Of a stretch of DNA of 64,000 nucleotides, positions 39,341-52,700 are shown piece by piece. The position numbers were made by a program, and so were the translations under genes. The DNA comes from Epiperipatus broadwayi (Eukaryota > Animalia > Onychophora): contig JAQFVV010000009.1 of assembly GCA_028023455.1 (NCBI GenBank), forward strand, positions 9,920,001 to 9,984,000. The letters run 5' to 3'. The notes below the pieces were generated by a model, which saw only the letters and a list, made by a program, of their open reading frames with translations, did not search any database and was not told the DNA's origin. Numbering within the stretch: the first letter of the stretch is position 1; the number at the start of each line of letters is the position of its first letter.

Positions 39341-42300
39341 TTGAAAAAGTGATGTGTTGGTGTTTGGTAGTATTATTTTCTGCTATTTTTCCAGTTGAAA
39401 ATGTATATAGTTGTAAACTGTTAAAAAAATTATATCATTATAAAAAAAAAGTTTGGTTTCACTGTGCAACATACAAAAAAAAAAAAAAAGGACTAAAAAA
39501 AATTAGAGTAAGCCTGCAGTTGACAATTTTTTCTTCTGCAAAATTGTTAATTATTGTGCTAAAGAAAAAAAAACATACTGAAGTTTCATTCTTCTTAAAT
39601 TCATAGTTTTATATTATTTAAGTGAAATTATTTAAAATTAAAAAAGCAATGTTAGTAATATGTCATTAAGTGTACTGTTGTGATCCTAAAGATGGGAGCA
39701 AATTTATAGAATTGCTCATTACCATACCTAATTATGCAATTAACTTTGAAAAAAAAAAAAAAAAATTCTAACATATTAAAAAAAAAAACCCCCGAATGTA
39801 TCTAATGTTTGCATATTGTAATAAATAATTTAGGACATCTTTTTTACAGTATGTATTATACAGACTTAAATAAACAGTATTTTATATACAAAGATGCTAC
39901 CTAAGATAGCATGGGAGGTTACATTTTTTTACACACGGTAGCTATTTTTTTGAAATGACCTCACAATTTTTTGAATAATACACTGCATTATAATGGCAGA
40001 AATAAAAGTCATTTAAATAAAAATTAAAAGCATGAAACTTCTTCAATTTATTTGTACTGCATTTTCGTCATATAAAATTTATTATTAAATACATATGATG
40101 AAATCACTTTCCATTTGTTTAAAAATCAAAAATACATTTACGATAATAAGCATTTTGATTTGACTGAAATTTATGATAATAAGCAGTCATGATTAAACTG
40201 AAATTAGCATTCATAAAAATGTTAATTTAAAATTGGTTGAACAAAAATGAATTATTAATAATATATGGCCAAAATTTATTTTTAGTTTTAGGCTAAATGA
40301 AATTTGTATTTTTATTAGATACTATAATTTCTTAAAAATCTAAGTTTAGATTTAGTAACTGAATATTTCAGCTAATATAGTACAGTTCACAATTTAAGAT
40401 AATTATTGATTATACAGTGTATGACCAAACCTTATTTTTAGTTTTACATAGAATGAAATTTAATTTCTTTTTTCAGCACTGTATTTTTTTTACATTTTTG
40501 ATAATGCCTCCTTTGGCATGGATATCTTTGAAACACATTATAATATTATGATTTACAATTAAGCAAATACTGTACTGTATAGTAAATGATATTTTATACT
40601 TGTATTTAGTGACTTTGATTACATAATGTTTGAATCTTTTTTTTTTCTCAAAATAATTTACAATTATGGTAATTAAATTTTACCATTACTGTACAATGAT
40701 CATAATTTTTGATGCAAGCAAAATGTCATTCATAAGAATTTTTAATCTATAAAAGTAATTGAATCTATAGTTTTTTACCTAATGTAATCATTTAAAAAAT
40801 ATTAATACATTTGATTGTTGTAACTCATCAATATGGGCTTTTGATTACTTATTGTACTGAATTAAGCATTTTTTATTTTTGGTTTTGTAGTTATTAAACT
40901 TTAAATATGTCATTAATTAATGTATTGATTGTTTTGCAAAGACTGTGGATGAAAATTAAAGTTCTGTACATTAAGCTATCTTACAAGATGGCCACCAAAA
41001 AAATTCAATTATTTTTTTTTGCTATTGTTTTAGTGAATTAATCAATCTGTTGTAAATAATAAAAAAATGGGAATACAAATTGATGATGATAATTATGGTG
41101 AATCTTTATATAAAAGTCCCATGCTAAGTGAGGTAAAGGTACATTATCAAGTTAGACAACTTCCAATTAGTGATGATTTTCTATTTTCTTTATATAATAT
41201 CAATAATTGTTTTCTTTTGAAAAACAATCCCACTTTGAGAGCTAAATATTTCAACAATGTAAGTACAGAATATTATTTTTCTCTTACCAGTTTTATCAAA
41301 AAAATTTCTCTTATTAGTTATGTAAAAAAAATTAGTATCAGTGTTAGAATATTATGATAACAATCGAAGAAGGGCAGATATGAAATACTTTTATAATACT
41401 GCATGTTTTATTATTCTATTGAAAAACTAGGGGGAAAATATTGTTAAGATAGGTATATAATAACCTAATGCCTGTGTTTATTGATCAATGATTCTGAATA
41501 TGGATATAAATGGAGGACATATGGATATAAATGGGGCACACTTAAGGAGAAAAAATGCTTATACTCATGGTCTGTATCTGGAATGAATATATGCTGTACG
41601 TTAAAGTTAATTTGATAATCTATGGATTGTGTTTATAAGTTTAGTTTGGACTAACTGATCTGAATCCAATAAGATGGAGTGGAGGGCCTCTTAATATTTT
41701 GAATGACTTCAGATAGACATTATTTAGTTAGATATGTAGTTACCAGTTAATTAAAAAAAAACAATGAGAATGCTTAAGTATATAATATGAAAAGTAAAAT
41801 GCACAAATACCTTTCAAATTGAAGAATTTCAAAGATGCCATTATTTGGCATTGGATGGTACTATTTAAAATGGATCTGATATTTATCAATAATGAGGCAA
41901 TTGAAAAAATACAAAGCTTACATGTTTGTCTTTACATAGTTTAATAAATATGAAACAAACCCAGTATTCAAAAAGATTTCTCAGAATAGCATATTATCTC
42001 CCACTTAAGTGATAATGTTTATATTAGTTTTAATATTGACATTTAATCTGAGTTATGCTTTATATTGAGATACTTTTGAGAACATTTTATCAGTTTATGA
42101 ATTTTTTTTTTTTTACATCCATGTATTTATAAAGCATTTTAAAGTTTATTCAGTTTCTTTGGGCATCTTTTTCGGCCACAATTAAACATAGTCATTTTCT
42201 TCCTGAACATTTGATTCTAGGGCAGATACTCTAATTTCATCACTAATCTTGAGGACTGCAGAGAAATCTGTGAAGGCACCATAGCATTTAGTCAATCATG

Positions 42301-42499
42301 AATAAAAATGTATGAGTTGTTATAATTAGGATTCATGATGTAACTCTCTAGAATATCATTCTGAGTTGTCACTGACCCCTTGAAATTAACTTGACACACA
42401 CTCAGTGAAACTTAAAAAAACAGTTGTTAGTATATGGCAGCACATCACAGTGATACAATATACTATTAAATGGTTTTGCCATTAAATATCTCAAGCAAT

Positions 42500-43620
42500 T
42501 AATCTTATTTTTTAAGCGACACAGTATAGAAAAATATAAGAACATAGTGCATGATAAATCATTGGTAGCTTTTTAAATCCAAGTTTCATACCAAGAGGAA
42601 GCTGAAAATTTTAATGGCACATTGGCATTCAGAATAATATTTAAACCCTAATAGAAGAATTGTATCTTTAAAAACATTACAATTATTTCATAATTTAACT
42701 TGATTAGAACACACATTATTTTTCTGATGACAGTAAATCTGAAATCCTTGAATACAAACAACTATAAACTATCATTTTCAAGAAAAAGAAATTCAAATAC
42801 AACCTTGTCATCAATGAAGACATTCAAAGAATCAAGTTATAAAAGTCTAATAAATAAAAATTCACCTGTCTTGATATCAATGGAAATAATAATTAAAAAT
42901 AAATAGAGAGCCTTCCAATATAAGCATATAACCAAAAGCATTTTCCTGTAGAAACTGAGATTTAATATAAATGGTTAGAAGTTATTTCTCTGTGGACTTT
43001 TAGATTTAAACTATAAGTACATTATTATGTATTATGGCTGGTGAATAACAATTTATAATTCTGATCCAATACAAGGTAGCTTCAAGGTCAACTTCATTAA
43101 TAGGAATAGACAAAAATATTGTTTTTATAAATAGACAAAAATAAAAACTAGAATTAAAAAAAAATAACTTTTTAAGTTATTTAAAATATTTTTCATTATA
43201 TGAAAGAATATTAATATTAAAATTATCACTCAGATGGATACCAAAAGTGCAATATTTACTTCAGTTTGCATTAAAGAGGAGTCTCTGTAAATAATGGACC
43301 AGAATTATTTTAGGATTACAGTAATTTGTTTGAAACTGATACAAAATAAAAATACATCAGATTGCAAAATATTGAAATGTCTTGCAACATTAGTGGCAGA
43401 TTCAAGAACTAAAGGATATTGCTTTTCAGCTTGGTCAATTAAATTGATTGTATTCAATCACCTATTTGGGTGCTCAAAAGTCACACAATTTCTTGAACAA
43501 ATAATTTTGAATATTATTTATTACTGTCCTGACTGGAAACAATATTTAAAAAAGTTTTTTCAGAATTTTCCAGGCTGTGACTATCTTTTGGTGGGTCTAG
43601 AAACTTTATAAAATGGATTT
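42500..43620 (+). pseudogene. Possible decayed I/Nimb-clade LINE (RNase H-like and C-terminal C..H..CP fragments)
   Basis: FSDDSKS-like fragment at ~42720 and ...IILNIIYYCPDW at ~43500; very degenerate. Confidence 0.25.
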
Positions 43621-43942
43621 TCAAAAAACCATTTACGTATAATATTGTATCAACACAATAATAAATGCAGATTAAATATTTTATTATATACATTAAGATA
43701 CAAAGTTTATTAATATTTCATTAATTATATTATTACAAAACAGTTATGAATTCTTAATTATCTACACATAAATCAGCCTATATTGTGTAAGCAGAAGATT
43801 CAGGAATGGGTTGCCTATGCTAATTAGTTATTAAGAATCATGGTTGAAAAATATTTACATTAAGCTTCAGTTGCTACTATTTTGCTATGGAAGATCTGCT
43901 ATTTACTGAATTTTGTAAATCCTTACTTGGCAATAAAAATAT

Positions 43943-44010
43943 CCGCCTGCTTGTCCACCCACCCACCTGTCTGCCCGCCTACCTACTTACCAACCAATCA
44001 GCCAGCCAGC
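43943..44010. repeat. Degenerate tetranucleotide microsatellite (CCTG/CCCA/CCTA/CCAA/CCAG)
   Basis: Direct inspection. Confidence 0.8.
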
Positions 44011-45230
44011 ATGAGTGCGTGATGCATTTAGAAATGGCACTAACTATTTATTAGAACTTGTATCATACAGAAATCGTATCCTTCCAATTTCACTTTTTTA
44101 TTGGAGAGCTTGCATTTGACAAGTTAACCATAATTCTCTGGAATTGATTAGGTGTTTAATACAATGAATCCATTTCTGGCATGTTAATCAATGATTTTTC
44201 TAAATTTATTTTGCCAATGGTGATTTTTATTGAAACAAAATTCATAAGCTGAGCAATCCACTGTACAAATAATTATGGCTATTGCTTAAATCAAAATCAC
44301 ACATACATTTAAAGATTATTAATTTCATGTATAACATTAAAATATTAAATATTTCAAGAAAGATTTTTAAGAATAAATCATATAAAAACAAATATAATTT
44401 TTCTACTTGTATATAATTTTTTTAGCAATTAATGAAAAAAATAAATGAATATATTAATTGAATTTTAAAAAGATGATAAAATGCTTCTTTGTATAATCAC
44501 AATCAAAAATTCAAGCTATTATATTGCATGTGCTTGCTTTCAATTATGTATTTAAGATGCAAGAGTTATTAATAACTTAAGCTAAATATAAATGTTTTAA
44601 AACCCAGAAAATTTAAATTTTTTCTCACAAAATAATTTTTATATATATATATAATCAATTTATTTTCATTTAAATAACCATTTGTGGAATTTAAAAACCT
44701 TTTTTTTTTAAAAAAAAAAAAAAAATCAAAATTGAAAGAAATATTACCAAGAGACTTTATGAAATGCTTAATCAACAACTATGATATTATTAAATAATAA
44801 TGATAAATTTGAATGTCTGTGCATAACAGATAATACATGGTATCTGATTTAGATGTAAACATACTTTCTTGTTTTGAAATTGTTATTAAACAAAAACATG
44901 CTAATTTCAAAAGCTATATCCAACTTTTTATGATTTTTTTGCCTAATATTTTCATTTCAGATAAAACTAATTCAGTGATTTTCAGTGAAAGTAAAACATC
45001 ACAAAAATTGAAAAATTAGACCAACATGGAAAGAATGCTGTAAAACTAAATAAAAACCAGAAAACAATAGCCCATCACAATGGTATTATCTCCAATAAAA
45101 TATTAATAAAATTTAGCAATTTGTTTTTGATTATATTTTAATACAAATGGAGATATATTGCAAAAATAAAATCTAATGATATTTTTAGTGAAAGCTTCTA
45201 TAAAAAGATTATTTTTAAAAAATTAATACT

Positions 45231-45960
45231 ATCATCATTTTCAACCATTATAGAGTGAATGCATCTTCTGGAGTTATTCCAATAAATCCAATCTATAACT
45301 TCAAATCACTGCAATATACATCAATCTCATCTGTGATCTCTTTGTACATCTCTTAAAAATAATTTAGGATCCAATTTAGTGCTATAGCTCTTCACCTATT
45401 GTCATGATTTCTAACCAATGTATCCAAGTAAAATCTATTTGTCTTTTAATTATCTTAGTCATCCATTTGTTATTTCACTTTTGATCTTTTCTCACTAATC
45501 TTAACATACATCTCATTAATCTTCAATTTGTGGTTAGTAAATCTATATGATTTTTCTATTAAAATGGTTATCTCTAATATGCAAAATCCATTCAAGTTAA
45601 TCTTATTATTAATTTCAACTATTAATTTCTTTATAATTGTTAACATGATCAATCTCTATTTTTTTTTTTTTTTAGTATTTATCTTTACTCCTCCTTTTAT
45701 GCTTTCAATTGATAGAAATGACATTTGCAGAAGCTCATAAGCATTATTTGTAAAAATAATCATTTCTTTTTATATTTCACATTTTAACCATAAAATATTT
45801 CCCAAAACAACCATTATAAACTTTGAAGCTATATAATGTTAATCTTAGTATCAATATGAAATCTAATCACTGTTGTTGCATTTTGATACATATTATTCAG
45901 AATTTGATAATAGTCCTATTTGTAAGTCATGATATTATAGCAAAAATGTTTAGAGTCAAG
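45231..45960 (-). mobile_element. Decayed 5'-truncated RTE-clade LINE
   Basis: Minus-strand LNNMYQNATTVIR matches LKNIYKNATATIR of the 55-kb element. It has an RTE-like C-terminal W..P segment and a GATGAT tail at about 45231-45237. Confidence 0.55.
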
Positions 45961-46978
45961 TTTAATACATGCAGCAACTTCTAACAATTGGTCACTTCCA
46001 TAAACTTTCTTTAATATTTTTGGATATAACCTATTCTGATATAATCACTTTAAAATTAAAGTCATTTTCAGAGTTAGCCAGAGCCCAGAATTTTTTGAGG
46101 TGATTACTAAATATTTTAATAAATATCACACACACCCATATATATATATATGTGTGTGAAAGACCGATAGCTTTGTAATTTCTAGTAACCTGATTTTCCT
46201 TAAATATCAATATCAACCATTATATTCATCTAGTTATATAGAATATTCTTTTTAAATATTTTGGATATAACTTTGCCAAAAGAAATTATTGTAACAATAA
46301 TTCCATCATTGTTAAGAATTTTTTAATTTATCATAGATTTAATTGTGTACTACCTCATGTAGATTTCATAACATTACAATTATATTAACAAAAATGGTTT
46401 GTTAAATCCTCTTTTCTTCTTTTTACAGAAATGACTTTATTTCTAGAACTAAGATCATATTTATATCTTTAAAATTCTTATTATTTTATATAGCCTTTTC
46501 TATTTCCGGTTATATTTCAGTAAGTCATCATTAACACTTTTATGTACTATTTTACAGAATTTCATAAAATTCAGATTATTTACATTTAATAAATACATTG
46601 ATTTGTTTCAATAGAAAATATATTGAATAAATGAAAGGTTTTTTTATTTTATTTCAACCATCTAGCTGATTTATTCAGTTTCTTATTACTTTTCCAAGTA
46701 AGAACTATTTTCAACGTATTTTATTCAGGTATTTATTTCTAGCAGTTGTGTATCAACTATAATTATTGTCCTCCGAAATAGCTTGCCACTTTAAAGCTTT
46801 GCATTTTCTTGTATTATACATTTTAATAAATGATGACCACTTCCTGCACTGCCATAGTGATGGCAGCAACAGACCCAAGAATAAGAAATTTATGGATTAA
46901 TTCCAATTGAAGCAAACAATAACAACCACAAAATATGATGGTAGAGTTCTCAATCAAATAAAAATGCTGGATTCACCC

Positions 46979-47045
46979 TATCATTTTGTTGAAACTACAT
47001 AATAAAAACTTATCATTTTGTTGAAACTACATAATAAAAACTTAT
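46979..47045. repeat. 32-bp exact tandem duplication
   Basis: TATCATTTTGTTGAAACTACATAATAAAAACT x2. Confidence 0.9.
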
Positions 47046-48352
47046 TGGTTGAACATATTAATAAAGCCTTTTATAGTTTTAATGCATATTTTTAGTTTAC
47101 AAAATTTAATCCAACTCTTTTGCAGTTTCATTTAAATGCTTTCATATCCATTTATCACAAAATGGTAATATTGTTTCTATTAATTTAGGAAATGAGATGA
47201 ATTGATGGATCACTTCAAATAATTTGATTGGTTGATCACAAAGAATATGCATTGTAGATATGAAATATGTAGAAAGATTGAAATGATGAAATGCACCTTT
47301 TATGAAAAGTAACATTTACTAATATCAAAATCTCTAAATTTGGAATTACAAAAAAAATTTGATCAATGGCTTTATATAGTAATGAGATATAGATTGTTTC
47401 ATTTGCTGATATTAGAAGCATTTGAGATAATCGTCAGAGAAGAATAAAAAAAATTAGCTGCACTGAAAGTCAAATGCTGAGCTCCTAAAATATGGATAGC
47501 CAAGAGCTAAATTGAGAAATTGCAAAGAATGAAAATTTTCTAAAACCCAAGAGGTTAATGAAAGAGGGGGTGGGAGAAAAAAATCAATGGTAAAAACTCA
47601 ACATAGCCATGTTCCACTTTTGCCAATCAGAACTGTATATGGATGTAGATGTTCTGGCTTGTTGGATTGAAAAAAGAAGCTGAAAACCAATTCAGTTTTC
47701 ATATCAAAAGATTGTACCAGTCTCTAAATTTAGTAATTGTTCCATGTCCATTTCTTATGATTTTTCTCACAAACACACAAAAAAAAATCATAATGTGCAG
47801 TCCGAGTACAATGCCTCATTAATGCCCCTACCAAATTTATCATACTTTAATCTTTTGAATATTTTCTAATTCTAATATAAAAATTTCTTATAGCTATTTC
47901 AAAATGTTGATTTTGTCTTTTCAAAAGAATTCTGTATATCTGCATAAAATATCTCTACATTTTTATGAAAATGAGAAGTTGTTGGGACATAAAATTGCAT
48001 GACTGTATCTGTATTTGACACCTTCCAGTAAGTTAAATAATTAATACTATATGTATTTAATATCATTATCAATAATTTACAATTAACTTTAAATAGTTTA
48101 AATTTTCAAAATTTAAAGCACACGTTCACTTTTTCAAATAAATTGTTTCTTCATCTTTCTTAAAAACAGTTTCAATTTCCAATATTTGTGCCATTATAGT
48201 AAAGTACACCCATTTTTTTTCACATCACTTTTTCATTTTTCTTTAAATTTAAAAATTCAACAAAATATTCCCATTTATGCAAATTTCATTTAAAATTAAG
48301 TCATCATTAAATGACAATTTGAAAATTCTTAGTAACCTCTTTCTGTTAGCTA

Positions 48353-49786
48353 ATGATGCCTTGGCTGATGATTTTAGTCTCCCCCGACCTGTCTATTCCT
48401 CAAGGATCTCCATTGAGTGCCATCCTTTTTATATACTATCTCAACCCCCTATTGAGAGATATAGAAATCTCATTCACCGGAGTATTCATTCCTCACATCA
48501 AAAAATCCTTCAAGTTGTTTGCATATATGGATGATGTCCTCGTAATACTACCATCTCAAAAACATCTCCCAACACTCTACAAGATTTTGGATAAATTTGC
48601 CCGTGATTCACAACTCAAATTTAACCCCAACAAATCTTCATCTTGGAAAATCCTATCGGGAAAGAAAGTCTCATCTAGATTTCTAGCTGAGCCCCAGGAC
48701 TTTCTTGGCTTCCCTATCTCCATGTCTCAAATAGCCATGTCAAAAAAACTACAGAACTCCTTAATCAACTCCACATCCCAGATTATTCAATCCCTTTCCA
48801 GGGTGTATCTCTCCATACAGGGAAAAGTAGCGCTACTGAACATGAAAGTCATGTCCAAGATTGCATACTACCTCCCCATCATGACAGCAACAAAAGCCTT
48901 TACCAAAAAAATCAATAGTCTATGTGCTAAACTCTTTTGGAAAAACAGTACGTCTATAAGCATGACAAGGATGCAATACCATCGCAAATCTAATGGGATG
49001 TCCTTTCACTCCATCCCCTCAATTATCTTTCAAAAATCTCACACATTAATTCATAACCTCTTACAAAAACATGATTCCTTCAATATTTCAGAGGCCGTTC
49101 AACCGATGAACAGACCTCCTCCTCAAAAATGCTGGCTAGACCAGGTTCTCCAGCTTCTCAATCAATTTACATCTAATTTACAAAATCCATATAATACAAA
49201 AATCACCATCTGGGAAGCCCACCATAAAATCAACCCTGAAATCAACACAATGTTACCAATGCTTGGCATCACTAATCATAGAATTACTTCAATATTCAAG
49301 TTCTTAGCATTAGAGCCTAAATTTTTAAACTACCTAGTAAAAGTAAATCTGGGAGCCATGCATACCAACTGGTTCCTCCACCACAAGAGATTTCTTAACA
49401 ACATTGACCCTATCTGCCCAATCTGCAAGAGGCATAATGAGACATTTGACCACATAATTCGCTCATGTACCGGACTTAGTAGTATCAAATTTTTAATTTT
49501 CCAAAATAGTAAAACTGATATTTACAGAATCCTCTCGCTAAAAGAATCTCTACAAAGTAAACAATTTCCAATTATAAGAATGTCAGTATTTCTCACCCAC
49601 TCTATCTGGAATGTGAGATGCAAATTAGTATTCACAAATCCTCCACCAGACCCAAACAGTCTATTCATTTCTCTCTTAAACAAAATCAAAAATAAAGACA
49701 TGATCCCTTCCTCCAAATTTTTATTTGAAGAAACCTGGAATCTATTCCAAATTCCAAAGCCCAATACATTTCCAAATAGCTTATGA
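48353..49786 (+). CDS. Uninterrupted 477-aa C-terminal part of L1/Tx1-like ORF2 (RT subdomains 4-7 plus zinc finger) in a 5'-truncated LINE copy (~48345-49950)
   Basis: IPQGSPLSAILF, FAYMDDV, CPICKRHNETFDHIIRSC; TGA stop; AATAAA near 49934. The initial Met is probably not a true start. Confidence 0.88.
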   Translation: MMPWLMILVSPDLSIPQGSPLSAILFIYYLNPLLRDIEISFTGVFIPHIKKSFKLFAYMDDVLVILPSQKHLPTLYKILDKFARDSQLKFNPNKSSSWKILSGKKVSSRFLAEPQDFLGFPISMSQIAMSKKLQNSLINSTSQIIQSLSRVYLSIQGKVALLNMKVMSKIAYYLPIMTATKAFTKKINSLCAKLFWKNSTSISMTRMQYHRKSNGMSFHSIPSIIFQKSHTLIHNLLQKHDSFNISEAVQPMNRPPPQKCWLDQVLQLLNQFTSNLQNPYNTKITIWEAHHKINPEINTMLPMLGITNHRITSIFKFLALEPKFLNYLVKVNLGAMHTNWFLHHKRFLNNIDPICPICKRHNETFDHIIRSCTGLSSIKFLIFQNSKTDIYRILSLKESLQSKQFPIIRMSVFLTHSIWNVRCKLVFTNPPPDPNSLFISLLNKIKNKDMIPSSKFLFEETWNLFQIPKPNTFPNSL

Positions 49787-52700
49787 CAACAATCTATAAA
49801 CCACAGGATTTATTCCATACCCTGGATTAATATTTTCATAAATCATCGACTACCAACCCAGTAGTGACATTATAGACTCTTTTTTTGTCAATGTACTATA
49901 AAAAATTAATGTATTAAAAAACCAATATTCTCCCTAAATAAAATTCTTTTAAAACTAAAAATAGGGGACAATTTTTTGTTGTGAACTAAACTACTATATA
50001 TATTTTAAGCTTTTTTCTGTTTTTTTGTTTGTCTTTCAAACCAAGTCAAATTGCTTATCATAGGTAATTAATCAAAGATGCCTATAATTAAAGCAGATCA
50101 TTAAAATAAATAATAGCTGATCTAGTATCACATTTAAATAGCTAGAAAAATTATATAGAGAAGAGTCTTGATAATTTCAAGTTTGAATAGTGCAAAAATA
50201 CTGGCTGCTGAAATAGTTTAATGTAAACATATTTTTTTACAGAATAAGACCAATAAATAAAATATTGGTCTTAGTTTGGGGAAATGTTTTGGCACTACAA
50301 TCTGAAGTACTTTGGTTAATCACCTCTTTATTTCAAGGCCATTTAAATTATTATTTTTTCTCTTTCAAATGTAAAATAAATAAGTTAAAAGATGCCCTTT
50401 TTTAATATTTACTAATCATCAAAAATGGAGAGAGATTTAATTCATTATCCTGCTTTTACATATATTTAAATAAATCAATGATATAATATAAAATATCTTT
50501 ATATAACAGAAATATTATTTTTTGCTCTTTTCAATATGTTTCAACTAATTTGCAATTATGACTAAGTATGTAATGATATATATAGTTTGCAAATGTGTAG
50601 AATATTTATTAAAGATTTATTAAAATATAAGAATTTTTTTAATTCTTCATTGATTTCACACTTCTTGTAATAGAGATCATTTTACTAGATATAAAAATAT
50701 TTTTTTAGCACTACTTTAAAATCTATCTTAGAACAAGATGACATTTTTTTTTTCTAATAAAGGGAGGACACTGATTTTATTAGAACAGAGAAATGCTCAC
50801 TTAGTTGAGAAGACTTCATCAATGTTATTTATATGTTTAAACAATCAGTTTGTTAATAACTTAATTATCTAACAATTCAAATAATTAAATAATTAATTTA
50901 AAATAAAAATACTACTAATAAATTCCATTTTTTCAGTAGAGAAATATCAGTTTAAAAGTGATATAAAACTTAGAGGAATGTGTTATTCTAAAATGGATAT
51001 TTATGGATCATAATTCTTATAAAGGTTGATTCAAAAATTATGAAGGGATTTTTGACAATACACTAACTTTTTAAATTAATAAGGAAAAAATAATAGTAAT
51101 GACAATATTTCATGACTTAAATCATCCTGCAAAAAAAATCATCAGCTAATTTTTGACATTATTATTTTGGAACTATCTTATTCCTATCTTTGTCTTACTA
51201 ATTACAGCTCTATCTTACTTATTAAATTATTTTGATGTGGTTTAGTGACAGAGTCAGCAGGTAAAGACTTTTGGATCCAAACTCAACCTAACATTTCTGG
51301 CTTTTGCATACTATATAACCTCCCAAGTGATTAACAATTCAACTATTACTTATTACACAATTTAACACATGATAGTTAAAAATTCAAATATGAAATGACT
51401 CTGGATTAAAATCAATCTGTCAATTCTGATGATTAAATGTCATCACAAGTAATCAACCATTCAATTATTTATTAAACTATTATCTCATTCTTCTCATGTA
51501 AGTATGTGACAATATTTATCCTGTTATTTCAACTTCAAATATTATTTTTTATTATTTTAATGCCATTATTGGAAATCTCCCTATATGACAATTATCAGTA
51601 TCTTGCTATCTCTATATATCTTTTATTTATAGTCTTAGAGAATTTATAATAGCAAACATGATTTACAACCCTTGAATGGATTCCCAATGGGGGGTGGTGT
51701 GTGCCTCAGTTTAGTCAATCACTTGAAAAACATTGGTGTAGAACATCGTATGACCTCATGAGAAACAACTACATTAAAAAAAATATAAGGATTACTGCAA
51801 TATATACAAATTCTGTTTCCCAATCTAGTCAGGGTAAAAATATAGTATTACTATTTAGTGTTTATTAATTATTTAAGCTTAAATACATAGCTCTGAAAGA
51901 GAACAAATAGAAATAAATAAACAGTGGAGTTGTGATATTCAATGTTTAGTTTCAAGTGTTTCTAACATCTATTATGTATAGCAGTTAATAGCTCACACTT
52001 TATTTATAGATCTTGTTTATAATAAAATACCTATTGCTTATTATACTGTACCATGGGTATACAGTATTTTCCCCAACACACACACACATATATATACAAA
52101 ATTGATGGAGTATTTTACATATGTAATATCCATATACAAATTATGACTATAGTATAAATAAATTTAAGAAATAATAATAATCAGTTTTTAATTCATATGT
52201 TCATTCATTCACTCAAAAAAAAAAACCCTAAAGAAGTATATATAATGGTTAAAACCAGTCAACACTTAGACAGACTCAATATCAATAACAATCTCAAACT
52301 GTTGTCAAGGCAACCTTTTTTTAACATTATATATTAACGTAAGACTTTAAACTGTATGATTGCTGTCCATCTGAAGCCACTGATATATCAAAACAATTCC
52401 GTTTCACCGTTATTACTCTAAACAATATATATATTTTAATTCTATTGAAACAATAGCAGGCTCATTATTAGATGACACTACAACAACCTCCTACATGCAA
52501 TGAATGATTTAGTCACCATTTCAGTTTTTCAGCTAAAATCACATGAAGACTTTGAAATTTCTGTTGCAATATAAGACTATCTACATAAAAGTATTACTGA
52601 TTCATATCTTCTATTCATAAATTCAATGCCTTTCAGCTTTTAGCAAAAAAATTGTCTTTTATCATGCTTACAACCCTAATAATTTCACAAGCACAGCAAC

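Noticed and set aside
42724-42750. CTGATGA-CAG-TAAAT-CTG-AAA resembling a hammerhead
   Set aside because: No credible stem I, stem III or NUH site; it lies within a decayed coding-like relic.
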